Assembly (NCBI GenBank): GCA_019192455.1
Contig: JAHCML010000003.1
Span: 1,388,160-1,452,159, forward strand
Length of the DNA: 64,000 bases
From: Alphaproteobacteria bacterium SS10
GTDB taxonomy: Bacteria > Pseudomonadota > Alphaproteobacteria > TMED2
Direction: 5' to 3'
In this document: one piece after another, positions 61,544 to 64,000 of the stretch
Layout of the letters: the number at the start of each line of letters is the position of its first letter
Position numbering within the stretch: the first letter of the stretch is position 1
Made by a program: the position numbers and the translations under genes
The notes under the pieces: model-generated
Databases searched by the model: none
What the model was told of the DNA's origin: nothing
What the model saw: only the letters and a program-made list of their open reading frames with translations

Positions 61544-63712
61544 CTAACGGCCCTGCGCGCGGTCCACCGCATTGATTACAGGCGTCGCCCGAAGGGCCGC
61601 GATAATGTTGGTCAAATGGCGCAAATCTTTGACCTGCACATCGATCAACATCTCCCAGAAATCTAGGGACCGGTTGGTCACCTTGAGGTTGAGGATGTTG
61701 CCCTCATTCTTACCGATCACGGTTGAGAGCGTGCCAAGGCTACCTGGCTCATTCGCCAGGGTAATGCTGAGGCGGCCCGTATGCTCTTCCGGTGCTTCTG
61801 GCCCAACATCCCAGGCAACATCGATCCAACGCTCTGGCGTCTCGGCGAAACTCTCTAGCGTGTCGCAATCGATGGTGTGGATCGTCACGCCCTTACCCGA
61901 GGTAACAATGCCGACAATTCGGTCACCCGGCAGCGGGTGGCAACAACGGGCAAAGTGCAAGGCCAAGCCTGGGATCAAGCCACGAATTGGCACCGGGTGA
62001 TCGCTCTTCCGGCGCCGCTGTTGGCGCGCCTTGGCGATTGGCACCACATTCTCTTCTGGCTTTGGCTTGTCTTCCTGCTGGGCACTGCGATGGCCCGGGA
62101 AGATCGTTGAGAACACCTCACGGCTGGTCAGGTTGCCCATACCAACGGCAGCATAGAGATCATCATTCTCATCAAAGCGCATTTGCTTGAGAACGTTGGT
62201 CACCGCCTTCTCAGTGAACTCATACCCCTCTTGGCGGAACACCTTCTGCACCATCGCCTTGCCGAGTGATGCGTACTCTTCCCGCTGTTGAGAGCGGACG
62301 AAGCGACGGATACGGGCCCGGGCCTTACCGGTGACGACGAAGCGTTCCCAAGTCGGTGATGGCGTTTGCTTTTTCGAGGTCTGGATCTCAACCTGATCGC
62401 CATTGTTCAACGTGGTGTCGAGTGGGACCAGACGGCCATTTACCTTGGCCCCGACACAGGTGTCACCGATGTCAGAGTGGACCGCATAGGCGAAGTCGAC
62501 GGTGGTCGAACCGCTAGGCAGCGCGATCACATCACCGCGCGGCGAGAAACAGAAGACCTGATCCTGGTAGAGGTCGAGCTTGGTATGCTCGAGGAACTCT
62601 TCCGGCCGTTGGGCGTTATCAAGGATGTCGAGGAAGTCGCGCAGCCATTTCAGCTTTGGCGCGTCCTCACCTGGTGCGCCCTGCTTGTACGCCCAGTGGG
62701 CGGCAACGCCGAGTTCGGCGCTCTCATGCATATCCTTGGTGCGGATTTGAATTTCAATCCGCTGCCGCTCTGGGCCGATAACCGTGGTGTGCAGGCTGCG
62801 ATAACCGTTCGGTTTTGGCGTTGAGATGTAATCTTTGAACCTACCGGGGACGAGCGGATAGGCACCGTGGATGATGCCCAAAACCTGATAACAGGTACCG
62901 ATATCGGGCGCCAAAATCCGAAACGCCATGATGTCAGAGAGCTGTTCAAAAGCCACATTCTGGCGCTGCATCTTCCGCCAGATCGAATATGGCGTTTTCT
63001 CACGGCCATAGATTTCGACGTCGATCTCGTCCGCGTTAATTGTGTCTTTGAGCTCTGTGACGATGCGATCGACGAGGCTACTACCTTCCTTACGAAGGTA
63101 TTCAAGCCGGGTCAGGATACTGTCGCGCGCCTCTGGAACCAGTTGGGAGAAGGATAGGTCTTCCAACTCCTCCTTCATTTTGGCAACGCCAATACGCTCC
63201 GCTAGCGGTGCGTAGATTTCCAGGGTCTCACGGGCGATCCGGCGGCGCTTCTCCTCCTTCGGGATGAAGTGGATGGTGCGCATGTTGTGCAGGCGGTCGG
63301 CCAGTTTGACCAATAACACCCGGATATCCTCGGACATGGCGAGGACAAGCTTGCGGAAATTCTCAGCCTGTTTGGATTGGTCAGAGTTCAGCTTTATCTG
63401 GCTAAGCTTGGTAACCCCCTCAACCAGGTTGGCCACCTCCTGACCGAAGAGGGTGACGATCTCCTCTTCCGTCGCATCGGTGTCTTCCACCGTGTCATGC
63501 AACAGCGCGGTGATGATTGAGGCACCATCCAAGCGCAGGCTGGTTAGGATGCCCGCCACTTCCAGCGGGTGGGTGAAGTATGGGTCACCCGAGGCGCGGG
63601 TTTGCGACCCGTGCGCCTTCATCGAGAAGACATAAGCGCGGTTTAGCGCGTCTTCATCCACATGGGGGTCGTAGGCTTTTACGCGCTCGACAAGCTCATA
63701 CTGGCGGATCAT
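61544..63712 (-). CDS. spoT: Bifunctional (p)ppGpp synthetase/hydrolase (RelA/SpoT homologue, Rsh).
   Basis: HD hydrolase domain (HPLEVAGIL...LHDTVEDT), synthetase domain (SIWRKMQRQ, RFKDYISTPKPNGYRSLHT), and TGS and ACT C-terminal domains. 722 aa. Confidence 0.95.
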   Translation of the reverse strand: MIRQYELVERVKAYDPHVDEDALNRAYVFSMKAHGSQTRASGDPYFTHPLEVAGILTSLRLDGASIITALLHDTVEDTDATEEEIVTLFGQEVANLVEGVTKLSQIKLNSDQSKQAENFRKLVLAMSEDIRVLLVKLADRLHNMRTIHFIPKEEKRRRIARETLEIYAPLAERIGVAKMKEELEDLSFSQLVPEARDSILTRLEYLRKEGSSLVDRIVTELKDTINADEIDVEIYGREKTPYSIWRKMQRQNVAFEQLSDIMAFRILAPDIGTCYQVLGIIHGAYPLVPGRFKDYISTPKPNGYRSLHTTVIGPERQRIEIQIRTKDMHESAELGVAAHWAYKQGAPGEDAPKLKWLRDFLDILDNAQRPEEFLEHTKLDLYQDQVFCFSPRGDVIALPSGSTTVDFAYAVHSDIGDTCVGAKVNGRLVPLDTTLNNGDQVEIQTSKKQTPSPTWERFVVTGKARARIRRFVRSQQREEYASLGKAMVQKVFRQEGYEFTEKAVTNVLKQMRFDENDDLYAAVGMGNLTSREVFSTIFPGHRSAQQEDKPKPEENVVPIAKARQQRRRKSDHPVPIRGLIPGLALHFARCCHPLPGDRIVGIVTSGKGVTIHTIDCDTLESFAETPERWIDVAWDVGPEAPEEHTGRLSITLANEPGSLGTLSTVIGKNEGNILNLKVTNRSLDFWEMLIDVQVKDLRHLTNIIAALRATPVINAVDRAQGR

Positions 63713-63766
63713 CCGCGCCCCCGGTCAGTTCCGGTAGGCCACAGGCTTTGCATTTGCAGCTGTGTC

Positions 63767-64000
63767 TTACTTGTCTTCAATCGCATCCTGGTCGTCTTCG
63801 AACCGATAGGCGCCCATGGCCGGTTGAATGGCAGCAGTTGAGATACCGGTAGGCTCTTGGCCTTCCTCAACACCTTCTTCTGGTTGCGCTGCCTCAAGCA
63901 GAACCTCGGCGGCTGGTGCCATTGGCTCTGGCTCGGCGGTGACACGCTGATGGCTGGTGATCAGGGCTTCACGAAGCGCCTCATGCTCCAACTTGTCTTC
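63767..64000 (-). CDS. rpoZ: DNA-directed RNA polymerase subunit omega; C-terminal part with an acidic tail. The N-terminus is beyond the window end.
   Basis: The frame is open to the window edge. ...EDKLEHEALREALITSHQRVTAEPEP... resembles the distal part of alphaproteobacterial RpoZ (..LKEHLISTLQRVDEHTEAEEE..) followed by a Glu/Pro-rich tail. Conserved position upstream of spoT. Confidence 0.65.
   Translation of the reverse strand, partial: EDKLEHEALREALITSHQRVTAEPEPMAPAAEVLLEAAQPEEGVEEGQEPTGISTAAIQPAMGAYRFEDDQDAIEDK

Overview
This 64-kb window reads as a high-GC (about 60%) alphaproteobacterial chromosomal segment made up almost entirely of conserved housekeeping genes; what stands out is a PHA synthase carrying a histone-H1-like N-terminal tail, and otherwise I find no mobile element, CRISPR array, integrase, toxin-antitoxin pair or recognisable defence system. 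I call about 68 protein-coding genes and one tRNA-Pro(GGG).

Several classic alphaproteobacterial gene blocks can be recognised by eye:
- rpoZ(partial)-spoT-DUF2062-pdxJ-acpS-lepB-rnc-era-MFS-recO-parC
- yceD-rpmF-plsX-fabH-ihfA-merR
- nrdR-ribD-ribE-ribBA-ribH-nusB-thiL
- rplM-rpsI
- a valine-catabolism cluster (marR, mmsB, 3-hydroxyisobutyryl-CoA hydrolase, acyl-CoA dehydrogenase)
- glyA and rpiB
- hemB, ilvA and metY
- a split TRAP transporter next to bioY
- an orphan motAB pair
- the 3' part of an AlaC-like aminotransferase

Candidates for follow-up, all modest and with functional readings that remain inference:
- a class I PHA synthase with an N-terminal histone-H1-like Ala/Lys/Pro-repeat extension of about 130 aa
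- an orphan FliL-like gene behind a strongly AT-rich island
- a Cu/Zn-SOD-like exported protein that seems to lack the canonical copper-binding HxH motif
- two tandem alpha/beta hydrolases convergent with a membrane-anchored penicillin/AHL-acylase-family gene whose stop overlaps the ilvA start
- a putative operon argC / TAT-exported protein / gamma-CA-like / HAD
- an FkbM methyltransferase inserted between argC and rpsI-rplM
- palindromic sites upstream of the TRAP binding-protein gene

All calls rest on my own reading of the six-frame translations and remembered family signatures; no database searches were run.
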